Positions 12,958 through 26,283 of a stretch of DNA of 64,000 bases are shown one piece after another. The stretch covers positions 20,088,001-20,152,000 of the forward strand of contig CATNEN010000039.1 in NCBI GenBank assembly GCA_950097015.1. The letters are read 5' to 3'. A program made the position numbers and the translations under genes. This stretch comes from Macrostomum hystrix. Taxonomy: Eukaryota; Animalia; Platyhelminthes. The first letter of the stretch is position 1; each line of letters starts with the position of its first letter. Under the pieces are notes generated by a model, which was not told the origin of the DNA, did no database searches, and was given only the letters and a program-made list of their open reading frames with translations.

Positions 12958-15900
12958 CTATGTCGACGTCAGAGCCTTCATCGTGGCCTCTCTCAGCTGC
13001 TTGCAGTTGGTAGCGGCATTGACAGCCTCGCTGGGTCGCACCATCAAGACTGAGATGCTCAGCGCGATGAAGCCAGTCATGGACAGGAAGAACAAGAGTC
13101 GGTCGGTGGCCTGAGCGGCGTCCTCCCAGCGTCTTTCGCGACGCTTCGAGTCCTGCGTCCTGGCGAGGGTTAGGCGAATCTCTAGCAGAGTCGCGTCGAC
13201 ACGATCCAGCGCGTCAGCCGCCCAACGCGGCAGCGGAATTGGCGGAGGTGGTGTCGTACACCCGACCTCGATGGCAGCAGATGGCTTGCGAAACTGATCG
13301 ATATTAATCTCTTCTACTTCGAGGTCGTGCTTGCTATCGCTCCGGCTGCTGCTGCTGTTGCTTTCAGTGATTCTTGTTACCGACGTCGGAGGCGAGCGAC
13401 TGCTGATACTATTTGCGGCCTGATGAAAAACAGAATTGATTGTAGATGACGCGCATTGGCAATAAGTTATAAATAAAATGCTTCTTAGGCTGGTTAGCTT
13501 AGTATAATAGACTAGCAAGTCTATCCCTAGTCTATAAAAGCTACAAGCTCCCTTCAGACATGAAATGCGAGGAGATATAGCTCGTAAAAAAGCAACAAAA
13601 GCACTTTTCTGAATATACAGACCCAGCGTCTCGAACTTCCATGCTGCTGTTTGCCACGGTTCCCACCACAGATGCCAGAATCCTCGAAGCCCGGATAGAA
13701 GGTGAGTCGGCAGAGCAGATTAAAAAATAGTTCAGTGCGCGAGCCCATTGGTCGGGCCTGTTTGCCGTTGAAGTGCAGCAGCAACACCAGGATGCTGCCC
13801 AGGACACACAGTGAAGACATGCCGATTGCGGCCATGAAGTAGCGAGCTGTCGATTGAGATATTTATTGAGTCGCTCTTTAAGACCACGCTTGAATGTTTT
13901 GCGGCTAATGTGTATTTCAGAATCGGACGAACTCACAGATTAGCGGCACGACATCGCTCTGAGTAGGCGTGTGCTCACTGGCCAGCTGCAGGAACACGCT
14001 CAGTGCTAGCAGCACGGTGACGCACAATGAGATTCTTTCGCCGGATTCCGGAGGAAGGCGGAAACCAAACAGGGCCACGATGAGAATAGCGATGCAGGGC
14101 ATGATGAGGTTGATCTCGTAGTATAGGGGCTTTCGCTGCAGGATTGTCAGATTGCGAGGACTGGCTGAGATTAAATTTTAAACAGATTTGCGCACGTCGT
14201 GGGCAATTCGTACAAGCTTCGCTCGTCCTGAGGGTTTAGCATACCCGAGGCTTCAAAGTTCTTAGAAAAAGAAAAAAAAACTACACATAGACCAGTAATG
14301 CCAGATGCATAGCTCGCGTTATGTGATTAACACAATATTTTTATATCTAGTTTTAATAAGTAAGGTGAATTTTAACTAAAAAATCGTCCCACCTAAACGT
14401 TGCGAACACGAGGCTCATACCAAATTAGGTGTGACCCCTGGAGCTAAAAAAAAATTGAGCTGATAAAGAGTGAACCGTTTGTTAGCGCAGTGGAGATGTT
14501 TAATCGTCACACACACTTTCTGCTCTCGTGATGGCCGGCACAGATTGTAAAGTTATGAACTAATCTCAATTTCTAAATGACCTTCTCTCTCAATCTGCTC
14601 ACCACTTCTCGTCCAAAAAAGCAAGCTTTCCGCTTGAGTTCTGATCGGACGCTACAATGCTCAGACCTATATATGTACAAATAGAATAATTAAGTAGTCG
14701 CAACTACGCAGGCGGTAGGAGGTAATAGGGTTGATAATTAGGTTACCTGAGTACTGTAGTTGGTAAGTTAAACATACAAGAGTCGTTTTTTAGGTAAATA
14801 GCTCACGCGAGGTTCATATAACAGCTAGACAAATGTGATTAACAAGCGATTCAGTTGCCTTTGTTGGTACCATTCAAATCTAGTTTTTTATCACCATACG
14901 GTCAGCCCTCCTAACCCACTCCTTTAGTTGAGAACAGGGAAGCATTTGATTTCAACCTATACATCCGCGGGAAGCTCGGTTATGCTTTCAGCAACCAGCA
15001 AGCATGATTGTTAGTGCATGAATAACAGCCTCTTGTTTCAGTCGTCAAGCGTGGCACGAGTTTCAGTCGGTTGTCATGACAACAAAGTGGGCTCTCGTGG
15101 CAGCTTGACAGCCATAAGTCAGAATAAAACGAATGAAATGAACGCGTTGCTATGAGGATGCGAGGCCAAAGCTCGCAGTAAATCAGTGGGTAAACTCTAG
15201 AAAGTGACAAGCGCTCTGTCAAGTGCCAACTGTAACTCCAAGCACTTGTTTCCAAGCACTCTTGGTACTCCACTAATTCAGGTTTACACTTTCTTATATT
15301 CTGCCCACATCAAACAAAGCTTTATAGCAACGCTTGTTGAGGACATCAAGCAAACCCATTATTGTTACTTAACGTAACTCCACTGGTCCTTAAGTGAAGA
15401 GCGAACTTTGTTAGTGTTCGATACAAAAATTTCTCTTTCAATCCAACTGTAGTTTAATCATCGTACTTCATTTCATTTATCAATGATCAACAAATTAAGC
15501 ATACAGACCTAATTACTTTCTTGTCATTCACAAGCACATCATCGACACTCCAACGATTGTAATACCTGTAGCAAGATCCTGTAGGTGATGTCAGGGTAGG
15601 GCGCATCGCAACACGCGTACTTGATCTCATGTCGCGTTAGTGGCACTCCGACAACGCAGTACTCGTTGTCCTCCTCCAGAGAAGACAGGTCGGCTCCGGC
15701 GCTGATGTTGAGCAGATTGAGCTCAAAGCCGTCCATTGTCCAACTGCCAATCTTCATCTTGCACTCCTGCCTGTCGTAGGGAAAGTACTCCACGTTGATG
15801 GCACACGACATCTTCATCAGTTGAGGTGTGTTCAGTCGGACAAAGCCATCGGAGCGAATAGTTGCATAGTACATGGACCAGTCAAGCTCGGTTTCTCGCA

Positions 15901-16884
15901 CGCTGTTTTTTTAATTAGAGCATCGGAGTGAACAAGGGCAGAGCGGTTAACGCATTTGCTACTCGCACCAAGGTCCCCGAGCTCGATTCAGAGCCTCGAT
16001 GGCCAATCTTCAAGGCCTGACGATTCGAAAGTCAGGACAGATAAACAAACCTGCGTGAGCGTGTGCCTGCCTGCAGTATCTGCTTGCATGTGTGCTCAGG
16101 AGTCAACGAAATGGGCAGAACTGTACACTCGCTGGTTCCAAGTCTAGTGTCACCAAATGATGTGCCATTGCCCACAGCCCTCCTAAAATTACTATTATTA
16201 TTATTATTATTATTATTATATGGAAGTGAATAAATAAGTGCACAAATTTTCCCATTTGTTTCATAAACTACTTAACAACAACATCGCCGTTAAAATCTAG
16301 ATCTTACTCATTGTACACAACCAGGTCAGGCTTCCAGATTTGATTATTCGGTATTTTTATCTGCTTGATGTGGCTGAAGCTGATGTTTCCATCGAAGACG
16401 CGACCGCGCCAAGACAATCGAGTGTCATACCATGTCTAAATGGGTTGAAAGAGCTTAATAAAGTGAAATGCGGGCCTACAATTGGCATTAAGAAGGTTGA
16501 GAATGTTTCTCAAATCTCAAGTTAACACGCACCATTCGCCTCCAAGTGAGCAGGGCAATGGTTTGTTTTATTTCGTTCTACAATGTTTTGTTTGAGACGA
16601 AAGTTTAAGTCCTATTAGAAATGATGTTTGTAGAATCTCGCACCAGCATAAGCACACGTCAAACTAACCAGCTCCAGCAGTTGAGCAATCGCCATGTCGA
16701 AGGTGACATTAAATGTTCCATTGACTGCGGGCGGATTGACCATAGCGAATCGACTGTTGTAGATCTTGGCGAATAACAGATCCGTGGAGTTGGATTCTTG
16801 CACGCTTGTCTGCATCAGCGCTGGTGCCAGCAGTTGGGCCAGGGTCCAGAGAATCGTAAGAACTATAGCTCGCAGCTTCATCAT
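12958..16884 (-). CDS. Nicotinic acetylcholine receptor alpha-type subunit (Cys-loop ligand-gated ion channel), complete, 7 exons
   Basis: Exons (minus): 16884-16669, 16577-16533 (45-nt NEIKQTIALLTWRRM), 16435-16308, 15902-15566, 14135-13937, 13846-13623, 13419-12958. Signal peptide, WxDxRLSW, IWKPDL, Cys-loop CAINVEYFPYDRQEC, GSWT, loop C YACC..PY (vicinal Cys = alpha), RKPLYY-M1, PPESGERISL-M2 (cation-type), M3, and M4 after WEDAAQATDRL. Confidence 0.95.
15936..16219 (+). mobile_element. tRNA-derived SINE, family 2, in nAChR intron
   Basis: tRNA-like head (GGCAGAGCGG..GCTCGATTC), body shared with copies at 34590, 35484 and 62985, (TTA)n tail, degenerate flanking repeat GGAGTGAACAA / GGAAGTGAATAA. 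Confidence 0.8.
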
Positions 16885-16965
16885 TGTGAGTTTATTTGGA
16901 GCGAACCGTGACCAAGAAGAGATTCCATGAAGCCCTGTTTTCAGACTTGTACAAGGTGCCCAAGC

Positions 16966-16972
16966 GTTATAT
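16966..16972 (-). promoter_or_regulatory. Candidate TATA box of the nAChR gene
   Basis: TATATAA on the minus strand ~85 bp upstream of ATG 16884. Confidence 0.4.
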
Positions 16973-17626
16973 AGTAGCATCGAGGTCGAATAAATCGACC
17001 AATCAGCTTCAAGGTCGAATTATGCGGCTCAGTTAGTGCTGAGAATTGACAGGAAGCACTGACCTATCAGCGTCTTTTAAAGCCCTTTTAATAAAGTGCA
17101 GTGAAGCTAGATTTTATAAACGAAAAAGCTAAAATTTAGTTTAAAAAAGATACACTTGTGACCCTTTTGAGACATCTGCAGTGTTTAGTATACTTTCAGT
17201 ATGTGATTTATAGATTATTCCGAAAACTTTCTGGAAAATTACTATGCTTTACAGATTACTCACAGTACTATTTTTGTAGACGCGAGGTGAGGCATGGATC
17301 AGTCGGTGGGTGGACTGTGCCGTAAGAGTTGTTAATCAAATTGACATCGGAGAAATCTTTTCAAACGTCAGTGTTTTTATCTATTACAGATTAAATTAGC
17401 CACGACTGCTTCATCAATGTTTATTGAAGAATAAGAAGTTTGCCTTACTTAAGTCACAAGACAGAACCAGTAGAAATTTCTTGAATCACAAACAAACTGT
17501 GGCCAAATGGCAAAAGCAACAAAAAAATCATAAAAATAACAGAAACAGCGAAAAGTTCGTATGTTTTGACAAATCTTTGACCATTTCTGCACCGGTGATG
17601 TTAGCTTATGCAGGTGATAGTGCTAC

Positions 17627-18918
17627 TCAATGCTGCTTTTGCATTCCTGGCGGGCCTGGCTCATGTCTTTCAAACAAATAGCGAGCATAAGCGGCTAGAA
17701 GAATCTGATTGCAGTCGGCAGCAGGCTCTGAGGACGATGATGCTGTTGGAAGCGGCTGTGAGTCGTTCAGCATTGGGACCACTGTGCTCTCATCTTCGCT
17801 TATGTCGCTGTAAACTGCTGCACCTTGAGCAGCTTTAGCGTTCTTCGCTTTGTTCTCCACATCATCGACTTCCTCAGATTTAATGTTCTCCGATTTCCTG
17901 AAGGTAGCATTGTACTGCTCGAAAATTTCTTGCTCAGCACTATGAGCTGCTGGCGGGTGCTTCGGTGTCACTCGGTACACAGTTGAACCATCGGATGACA
18001 GCTCGACGAGCAAGGGATCGTTTGTTCTTGCGTCATTTTGCTCCTGGAGCTGGCTGTAAGTCAGAAATGAACAGTCCCCCTCTACTCGATGCTCGTGATT
18101 GTCATCGAACTGATAGCGCGAACGACGGCGACCTCTGCGACCTCTGCGGCTATGCGCAGTGGCTGATCGTCCAACCTTTCGAACTGACGGCGATGAGTCC
18201 TCTGGCAGCAGGGCGCCAGCGTAGCGACGGCCACGCCAGTTCACGCCGTGAAGCACCAGAAGCCCATCTGGTCCCGAAGATTCCAGCCAGACGATGCCAC
18301 TGACATTGACTCTACTGCCTCGTGGCGCCTCGAGATTGTTCGGCACATCCTGCTATCAAGGATTAAGTGAAGTCGGATTTTATTGGTTAAACGATGCAAT
18401 ATAGGATCGATTTAGAAAAATATTTCTTACCGAGAAAGAGCTTGAAGCATCAATGTGGTTGCTGTTGTCAGATAGTGGCTCAATGTTAGCTTGCTGTGAA
18501 AGTGTTCGCACTGTCGTGTAGAGCGAGTCCTGAGCAACGGCCGTGTATGCCGCTGCTACAGTGCATTGACGCTGCCTTTTTAACCTGACCTTCAATGGAC
18601 CGCAGATTTCAAAGCTGCTGGATGAGTTGCCGGCATCGATTGGGGTCTGATCAGTGCTGCCACCATCGCTAGTGGCTGCTCCATGAACGTTGACTGTGGG
18701 CACATGAACGCTAGGCTGCATGCTCCACTTACCATCAACGACTTCGTTTAGGTTACTTAAAAAATAAATTTGAAAAATATATCTATTAAGTAAATCTATC
18801 ACACCAAAAATATGCAAGAAACTCACCTTCGTCTATCTTTTTCTTTTTTTATATTGTAGAAGTTCTGCAAAGTCTTGTCTTCCTTCTCTGCACTTTTGTC
18901 TGGATCTTCAGATCTCAT
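17627..18918 (-). CDS. Divergent ZNF608/ZNF609/Brakeless(Scribbler)-like protein, 3 exons, ~380 aa
   Basis: Exons 18918-18827, 18755-18431, 18349-17627 in consistent phases. GSRVNVSGIVWLES..GLLVLHGVNWRGRRYAGALL resembles the family motif GTSVNLEGIVWxET..GVLVVNVTWRNKTYVGTLL; also PLKVRLKR and YSDISED, similar to family motifs LKMKIKR and AYSDISD (recalled, not searched). Confidence 0.72.
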
Positions 18919-19416
18919 TTTCGCGTTTACTTTCGAGGCTTAGTCAGCAATTATAGCGCCTAGAACTATTTTCGACCTCGCATATGCCAACCAAGGACTA
19001 CTAGAAAACTCCTTGGTGCCAGCAAAATTTATTAGAATAAGTTTTGTCTATGGCTCAAAATAAAAATAAGGCGATCCTACGAAACTATGTTTTGTTTAGC
19101 ATATTCGAAGGTTCGTCCCATAGACAAATTAACTGAACAAAAACGACGTTGAAACTTCGCTCAGTAATTTTCGTAAAAACCCATTCAAACTTGGAACTAA
19201 ACAAGAGCGATTCAAGCAACTTTAAGAAAACTTCAAGCAACTTCAAGTTACTTTTAAGAAAACAATATGAAGAGCGAGAAACGATAGACAAACCCATAAT
19301 TTATGAAAGGGGCACAGTCCGATGACAAATTAGCTTGGAGTAAATGAAGGAGGGAGTATGAACTACTTTTTCTTTATTATGGTCGCAATCATTTAGAAAC
19401 TGGCGAAGCTGAATAT

Positions 19417-19657
19417 TGCACGGCGCATCTGAAGGCTGCGGATGGCTGTTCAGTCCATGAAATTGGGACGCCACACCCACCCTCAAGTACCCCAGCTAAT
19501 GCTGGTACCCATTTAACAGCTGGGTGAACTGAAGCAATGTAGAGTTAATTGTGCCTTGCTAAAGGACACAGATTATTCCAGTGGAGTCGGGAATCGAACC
19601 CCTGACGTCCAAGTCGTAAGTCTGTTGCTCTAACTACCACTAGGCTACAACAGGGCC
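19417..19657 (-). mobile_element. tRNA-derived CORE-type SINE, family 1
   Basis: Minus strand reads A-box TAGCCTAGTGG, B-box GGTTCGATTCC, then TGTGTCCTTTAGCAAGGCAC..CAGCTGTTAAATGGGTACC, which resembles the MIR/CORE domain. Homologous copies at 34470-35053 and 44747-44875. Confidence 0.8.
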
Positions 19658-19904
19658 TGCCCCTCTTTCTCACGTGATCTATTACTACGAAAGTTCAAGT
19701 TACTGTTCAATCAAGAAATCTAAAAAACAAGGACAATATATTCAAGCGTATTTTAAACAATCACCAGGAGTAAGGTTGATTGGGCTTAATTTTATTATTC
19801 GAATCACGCATAGTGCCTCTTCGCAAAACAATGATAAAAGTCTGCTGACAATTGCACTTTTCTTATAGCCAATAAGTCAGTTAGCACAGATTGATACACC
19901 CGGT

Positions 19905-21202
19905 TTAAACGTAGATGTGTCCCAGGTTAGCAACGAACGCCTTCATTGTCTCCGACTGCATGGCTGTATCGATCTGGCGAATCTCGCTGCCATGAAAGCC
20001 CCGACGCTCCCGGATCGAGTGGTTCTTGCACCTTTTCCAGAACAGAATCTTCCGGCAGACTCGCCTGTTGTACACGTTGTACTTGGGCACCAGAGTGGCC
20101 ACAATGTCAGCGCTGACCATGCCCAGGTGGACATTGTTGTTAATTCGCTCAGCGATGCCGAAGTAGGTGCTCTTGGTGGCGTGGTTCGGATTGATGTTGA
20201 TGCTGCAAAAGAGAAAACACTTGTTGCCAGTGGACAGCTAAGCTGAACATACATTTTAACGAAATAGCCAATTTTAAACGCACTGGGAATCCTCAAATGT
20301 GGTCTTGGCGTTGGCGCCGAACTGCAAGACTCGCAATTTGCCCTGGGCCTTGGCCGGGTAGCGGGACAGTCTGGCCTTCAGCTCGCTCACCGGGAAGTTC
20401 TCGGAGCTGTAGCCGATCTTCTGTCTCTTCAAAGTGAAGACCAGGCATGTGGAGCACACCACACCGCCAGGGATGTGCACAGACATGGCGTGGATCTTCG
20501 CAGCCATTTTCGATCGGATGCTCGAGCCCGAAGCGGAAATGCTTGGAGCCGCGGATCGAATCGCTAAATTGAGAAACAGATTATACCACTTCCGTGCTCA
20601 AGAAAGTATCTTTGTCAATTTATAATAGACTCGATAAGCTAGCTTCAGTCCGTGCTCACCATAGTCGGTTTTGTAGATGCTGTTCCTCCAGCCAGCGCCG
20701 CACATGCTCGATCTCTGTCCCGTGCAGCGCATGTTGCACTGCCCGTTCGGTTTGCCGCCGTACCTGCCGTAGGTGTTTCCGCACCAGCACTCGTTGGCGT
20801 ACTGCAGGCCGAAGTACTTGTAGTGACGGTTGGAGCACAGCTGGTTGCACTTTCCAGCGGACATGCCGCCTGTGCCTGCCAGGACTGGCAAGTCCCGGAC
20901 GTTTTTGTCAACAAAGCAACCGAGGAACCGATAGCCGTGGGCTGAAATCGAAAATGAAAATTGGATCTAGAAGCACATCTAAAGGCTAATATTCTGAGCA
21001 TATCATCTTAATTGTATCCGCTTTATCAAACAGCTTTTTGATGAGTATGCCTGTCTTGGTTTGAAACAACGTTTTAGTGTCGGGTTCACGAGTTCGATTC
21101 TCTGTTTCAGTTGACATCCTTTTTGCCAGCAGTCTACAATAAACTGAACCTACCTTGCGACAGCACTAGCAGCAACGTTAGAGGCAGCAATATCTGAGTC
21201 AT
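19905..21202 (-). CDS. Secreted protein, paralog A: signal peptide + 1 WSC domain + uncharacterised C-terminal domain
   Basis: Exons 21202-21154 (MTQILLPLTLLLVLSQ), 20941-20660 (WSC: FLGCF..MS..KC...C..YFGLQYANECWCG..CNMRCTG..CGAGWRNSIY), 20563-20284, 20202-19905. Frame intact. Confidence 0.88.
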
Positions 21203-24200
21203 TTTGGACTGGGCTCAATAGAAGTGCTTCTAAGCAAACTAGAAATCCAGAGTCCACTGGAATAGGGTGACGAAAATGATATAATTCTGGTTCACATCTG
21301 ACTGCTTATATGCACTCAGAAAAAACCCGGGAATTAAAAATCTACTTTTCAGTGTTTGCAGTTTAGAAAATCGATCGAACTTGACTCGAAAGAAAAAGAA
21401 TTTTTCAAGCAGCAAGCACCGAAATCGTATTGTATTAAAGTAATTTAAAGACTTCATTTTCAAATTTAAAGAGGTTTATCGCTTATAATTTTTTCTTTTT
21501 TTTCTCATTTGCTGAATGCGTTTAAATTTTTTATGAATTGGAAAAAGTTTTTAATTTCCTATTTTTCTGTCACCTCGATCCCCTCTCGAAAACTGCTTGC
21601 TGAATTAAACCCAGCCCACCCCAGCCAGCAGTCACCATGTGGCAACCGTGCGACCCGCAGTCTTCAAACACGCGACTCCACGACTGACCGCCCCAGTGCC
21701 AACACTAAATAGCTTTTCGATATATTCATTTTTAAAGTAAATTTGAAAAAATTATGAAAGCTTTAGCTAATATATTTAGCCAGTTAATAAGGTCTTTCCA
21801 CTATCCATCTATTATGCTCAAAATTAGATATTAATTCCATCAATATCTCCAGCATGGGTAGAAATGCGAGCTCAAGAAACGGCCCTAATGATGTTTTCCA
21901 AAAATTAATTCATTAACTTTTATTAAATTCCAATTCTTTATATATATTTCTCAGCTGAGAGAATCGTGAGACAACATATATACTCTCGTAGTTACGACTG
22001 TGGGTTTTCAGACAGGATTGAGCGAATCCATAGACAGAACAATAATAGCATTTTGCAGCCAAGTTCGGACAGCACGGCTTTTATGTATTAAGTTATTTCC
22101 GTTTATTAATTTCTTTGGTTTTCATTTAAATTTTAATTGCCAATAATTCAGACCATAGACTAAATAAATGGAAGTAATATATTTATATATTAATATTTAT
22201 TATTCATTATATATTTATAGTTGTCTATATGTTATAGTCAAAGACAAAATAAAATTTAAAAATCGTTATTCGTGCGTCTAATTTATTTGGATCGTTCTAT
22301 TATATTTCTCGATAAAAAGTAAATGGTGGCACTTTTTGGGCAGCGAACTTTTCAAGCCAGAAGGAATAATAATTACGAGCGTATTTTCCACACAATACGA
22401 GCGTAAAGCTCTGCCCATAATCAAAATCTTAGTTCAAAATGATGTCCTCTGAGCGGCATGGTGGTAAGGATACGGAAGGAGAAGAGTACTTGCATGGAGA
22501 ACCCATTTCAACGAGTGACAACGATGGAGTTCATTCAGCCCAAAAAAGGTGGTGTACCAGACTGATGCCAGCTTGTGCACCGCACTGAGTGTGCAAATTG
22601 CGCCTACGCAAGTCCACGCAAGTCCGGAGGAATGTCAAGCAACCACTGCCCAAATACTCGTCAACTTGCTTTATTCTCATGCGTGTTCCGTTTAACCGGT
22701 ACGTCGGCATCTCTGCATAGGCATTTCAGCGTGATAAGGTGTTTGCCTTGGTATTTGCTAACTGTGGCCTCGCTCACCCGAAGGTCATCGAACTAATGCT
22801 CCAACTTGTGACGTAATGGACTGGCATTGAATTGAGTGAATTGAGTCTAAAAGCAGTTGCATGTGCTGGCTTTCTAACTTTGATGTTCGATCTTCTCCTT
22901 CTCCTTCTTCTCTTTCTGATGGCGGAGTCGATCGCGGCATTGTATCAGTTCCTAGCGCCGTTGGATAGTGTAAACATTTTGTACGCATAAAAACCGCGAA
23001 AAATACACAGCACTGTCCCCTCGCTCAAGCGCACTTACTACTTGAAGTAACATTTTCGCGCACTCAACATTAATGAATTATTGTAGCAGGGTTGTTTTTG
23101 TACATGCGCGCCAGCCAGGCCTACGCACGCGATCGGCCGGTCACCCTGCTCTACAGCCAAGGCGTTGGACTAACCCCGGTCTGGTGGGCCCAGCCAATAG
23201 GAGGACGGCTAGCCAATTTGATGCGACCGACTTAAGCGCGATACCCCGGGCCGGGCCAATCAGCAGTCAGTTCGCTAACCGGCAGGGTCGACCTGGCAGA
23301 AGTGCCGGCCGGCACCCAGGCTTTGATGAGGGTTGGGGCGGGCGCTTGACTATATAACTGACTATTGCGTTGTCATTTTGATTCATCGTCGTGTGATTTA
23401 CCGTGTGTATCATCGTCGTGTGTCTTTTCGCGTGTATCATTGTCGCGTGTCTTATCGCGTGCATTTTCGTGCGTCTTCGTTGCAATCGTTGAACGCATCC
23501 TAGTAATAGATACCGGGACAGGTAAGCCGGTCCAACTAGCTAGTCAAAGAAAACCCCACACTCAATCCCACGTCAGTAAGTAGCTTGCGCTGAGCTCGGT
23601 ACGTCTGGCCAACTGCTGACGGAGTGTTAGATAGGGATTGGCAAGCACGGAAGTACTCTCCATATCGCCGACCATCATCGGTGGGACGCCGTCAAATTGA
23701 CATTAGGTGTGGCACGATAGAACTATCGTTGTGCCATAGTGCGGAAGTGCTTGCTGGTCGCCTCGGTTCAGACTAAGGACTTTGGGTTAGGTTGTATTAT
23801 TTGTCTTGTTTTGTCATAGGGACTATGCTTTTGTATAGGTGTTAATTGTCGTGTTATTTTCGTGAGTTCTTGTTTGTGTCCAGAGTGTTTTCGAGTAGAG
23901 TTCGCGTGTTCTTGTGTTGAGGCTACCGAGATTTTGTTAGTAATTTACCAGTGCGGGTTGTGAGCCTAATATTTAATCAAGTACAGTACCTGGCAGGGGA
24001 CGGAAAGAGCGCTGCCAGGGGAATTAATCATCCATAGCCTTCTCTTGTTAATTAACTAACACTTAATTATCAGCTGTTTAGCTTGGAATCCTGAACCGTC
24101 TTGTCTTCGTTATTTTCGAGTTACGGCAATAGAATCTCTCGCAAAGAGTAGGACACCCGACCTCATTTAGGGATCTCAACGCAAAGAGAGACCTAAGTCA

Positions 24201-24591
24201 AAATATCACACAGCCGCCTGAACTGGTTCTCCAAGTGCGTTTTTACCTTCCACTGGGATGCGAGTAAAAAAAGTCGTTAAAGCTGACCCAATCATTGTTC
24301 TCAAAGATCATATACGCAAGCGATAAAAAAACATTTTTACTCAAAATTTACTGTCCTAATTAAAATTAGGATTATTTTATGTTAGAACAGAAGGTTAAAA
24401 TTACCTTTTATATTCACCTTATGTCTTAACCAAAAAATGCTTAAAGCGCTAAAGCGTACGAGCCGGAATTCGCTCAAAGAATTGGTGTATTTTCCTCAAT
24501 CAAGTGTGCATGTCGCAGCAAAATTTTGGAAAAATTAAAACCGCAACCAATAAAGCTCAAAACTGAGTTATTCTCAATCCAAATTTCATGC

Positions 24592-26283
24592 TCAAACATT
24601 GATGTAGCCCAGGTTTTCAAGGAACACCTTCATGGTCTCCGACTGTAGGGCTGTGTCGATCTGTGTCGACTGTGTCGATCTGACGAATCTCTTCACCGTG
24701 GTAGCCCCTTCGCTCTTTGATGACCTGGTCGTGGCACCTGTTCCAGAAAATAATGCGCTTGCAAGCCTTCCTGGTGTACACGCTGTACTTGTGCACCAGG
24801 GTGGCGACAATATCAGCGCTGACCATGCCGAGGTGTACGCGACTGCCAACTCGCTCAGCGATGCCGAAGTAGGTGCTCTTGGTCGCGTGGTTCGGATTGA
24901 TGTTGATGCTGAAAATAATATCAGACGTAAAATTTTACGTGAAAACTATAGATACCATTTGAATAGGACACTGACTCTCTACACTTTTGAGTGCGTAACT
25001 CACGTGGAATCCTTGAATGAGGTCTTGGCGCTGGCGCCAAACTGCAGCGCTCGCAACTTGTCCCGGGCCTTGGCCGGGTAGCGAGCCATCCTAGAGTTCA
25101 ACTCGCTCACCGGAAAGTCCTCGCTGTTGTGGCCAATCCTGCTGCGCTGAAAGCTTGTGATGAGGCAGGTGGAGCAGACCACGCCGGCAGGCACGGACGC
25201 AGACATAGACCTAATCTTGGCAGCCATGCTGTCTCTGATTTGTAGTCCTGAAGCTGAAAATGGTATTACATCTAAATATAATCTCAAAAAATAATTGCAT
25301 GCTTGTTTCTCGTCATTAATTAACTATTTGAATTTCGTAGGATGACAGCAACGGCGCTCACGAGACAAACCCGGCTTGTGTGGCCGCAGTCCTGTCGCGT
25401 AGACATTGTTGCGCCAGCCCGCGCCGCACAGCGAGTTCTTGTCTCCGCGGCAGTGCATGTTGCACTCCCTGTTTGGTCGGGCTCCGTAACAACCGAAGCT
25501 GTTGCCGCAGTAGCACTCGTCAGCGAATTGTACACCAAAGTAAGCGAACTTGCGAGAGGGACAGATTTGGTAGCACTTGTAGATTGACATTCCGCCACTT
25601 CCGCCGAAGGTTGTTAGATCGCGATTGCAATTATCGGCGAAGCAACCGATGTAGTGCAGACCCGAAACTAATAATTGAGTAGTGGAGTAAAAATGAATTT
25701 TCGCGAAGCTAACGCGAAGCTAGCTATTATTGAAAGCGAAATAATATTGTCACAAGAGCCAAAGTTGTGACCCCAAAAGCCCCACCGTAGTCTGTTGTGA
25801 AGACACTGTTTCTCCAGCCGCCGCCACAGGTCTCCGTGATGTGTCCGTTGCACCGGTTGCTGCATTCTCGCTCGCCCTTGGCTTCGTACTTGCCATAGCT
25901 GTTGCCGCACCAGCACTCGTTGCCTGCCTGCAGACCAAAGAACTTGAACTGGCGACTGGTGCACAGCTGGTTGCACTTGCCAGCGGACATTGAGCCGCTT
26001 TCGGCCCTTACAGGCAGGTCGCAATCTCCCGAGTCTCTATAGCAACCGACATAGTGATAGCCGTGCACTGGACAATGAGTATGTCAATGGTTGGTTTTTG
26101 TGAGACAGTACTTCGAACGAAACTCGCATTCCACAAATAAATAAGTTATTCGGAATGGAAGAGGTCGCGAATTTTGAGACCTTATCACTCGCTCACCCTG
26201 TGACAGCAATGAGACTCAGCAATGAGCACAGCAATGAGCACCAGTAGCAATGAGATGGACAAAAGGAGACAGGTAAAAGCCAT
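24592..26283 (-). pseudogene. Paralog B: signal + 2 WSC + C-terminal domain, probably frameshifted
   Basis: Exons 26283-26197, 26067-25786, 25667-25371, 25253-25004, 24908-24592. Exon 1 is 87 nt (phase 0; paralogs are phase 1) owing to repeated CTCATTGCT. The last exon has a 19-nt duplication of (GA)TCGACACA at ~24651-24680 that shifts the frame. Confidence 0.72.

Noticed and set aside
19581-19650. tRNA gene (also ~34990-35052)
   Set aside because: A and B boxes are present, but the sequence continues into a shared SINE body and I could not fold a full cloverleaf.
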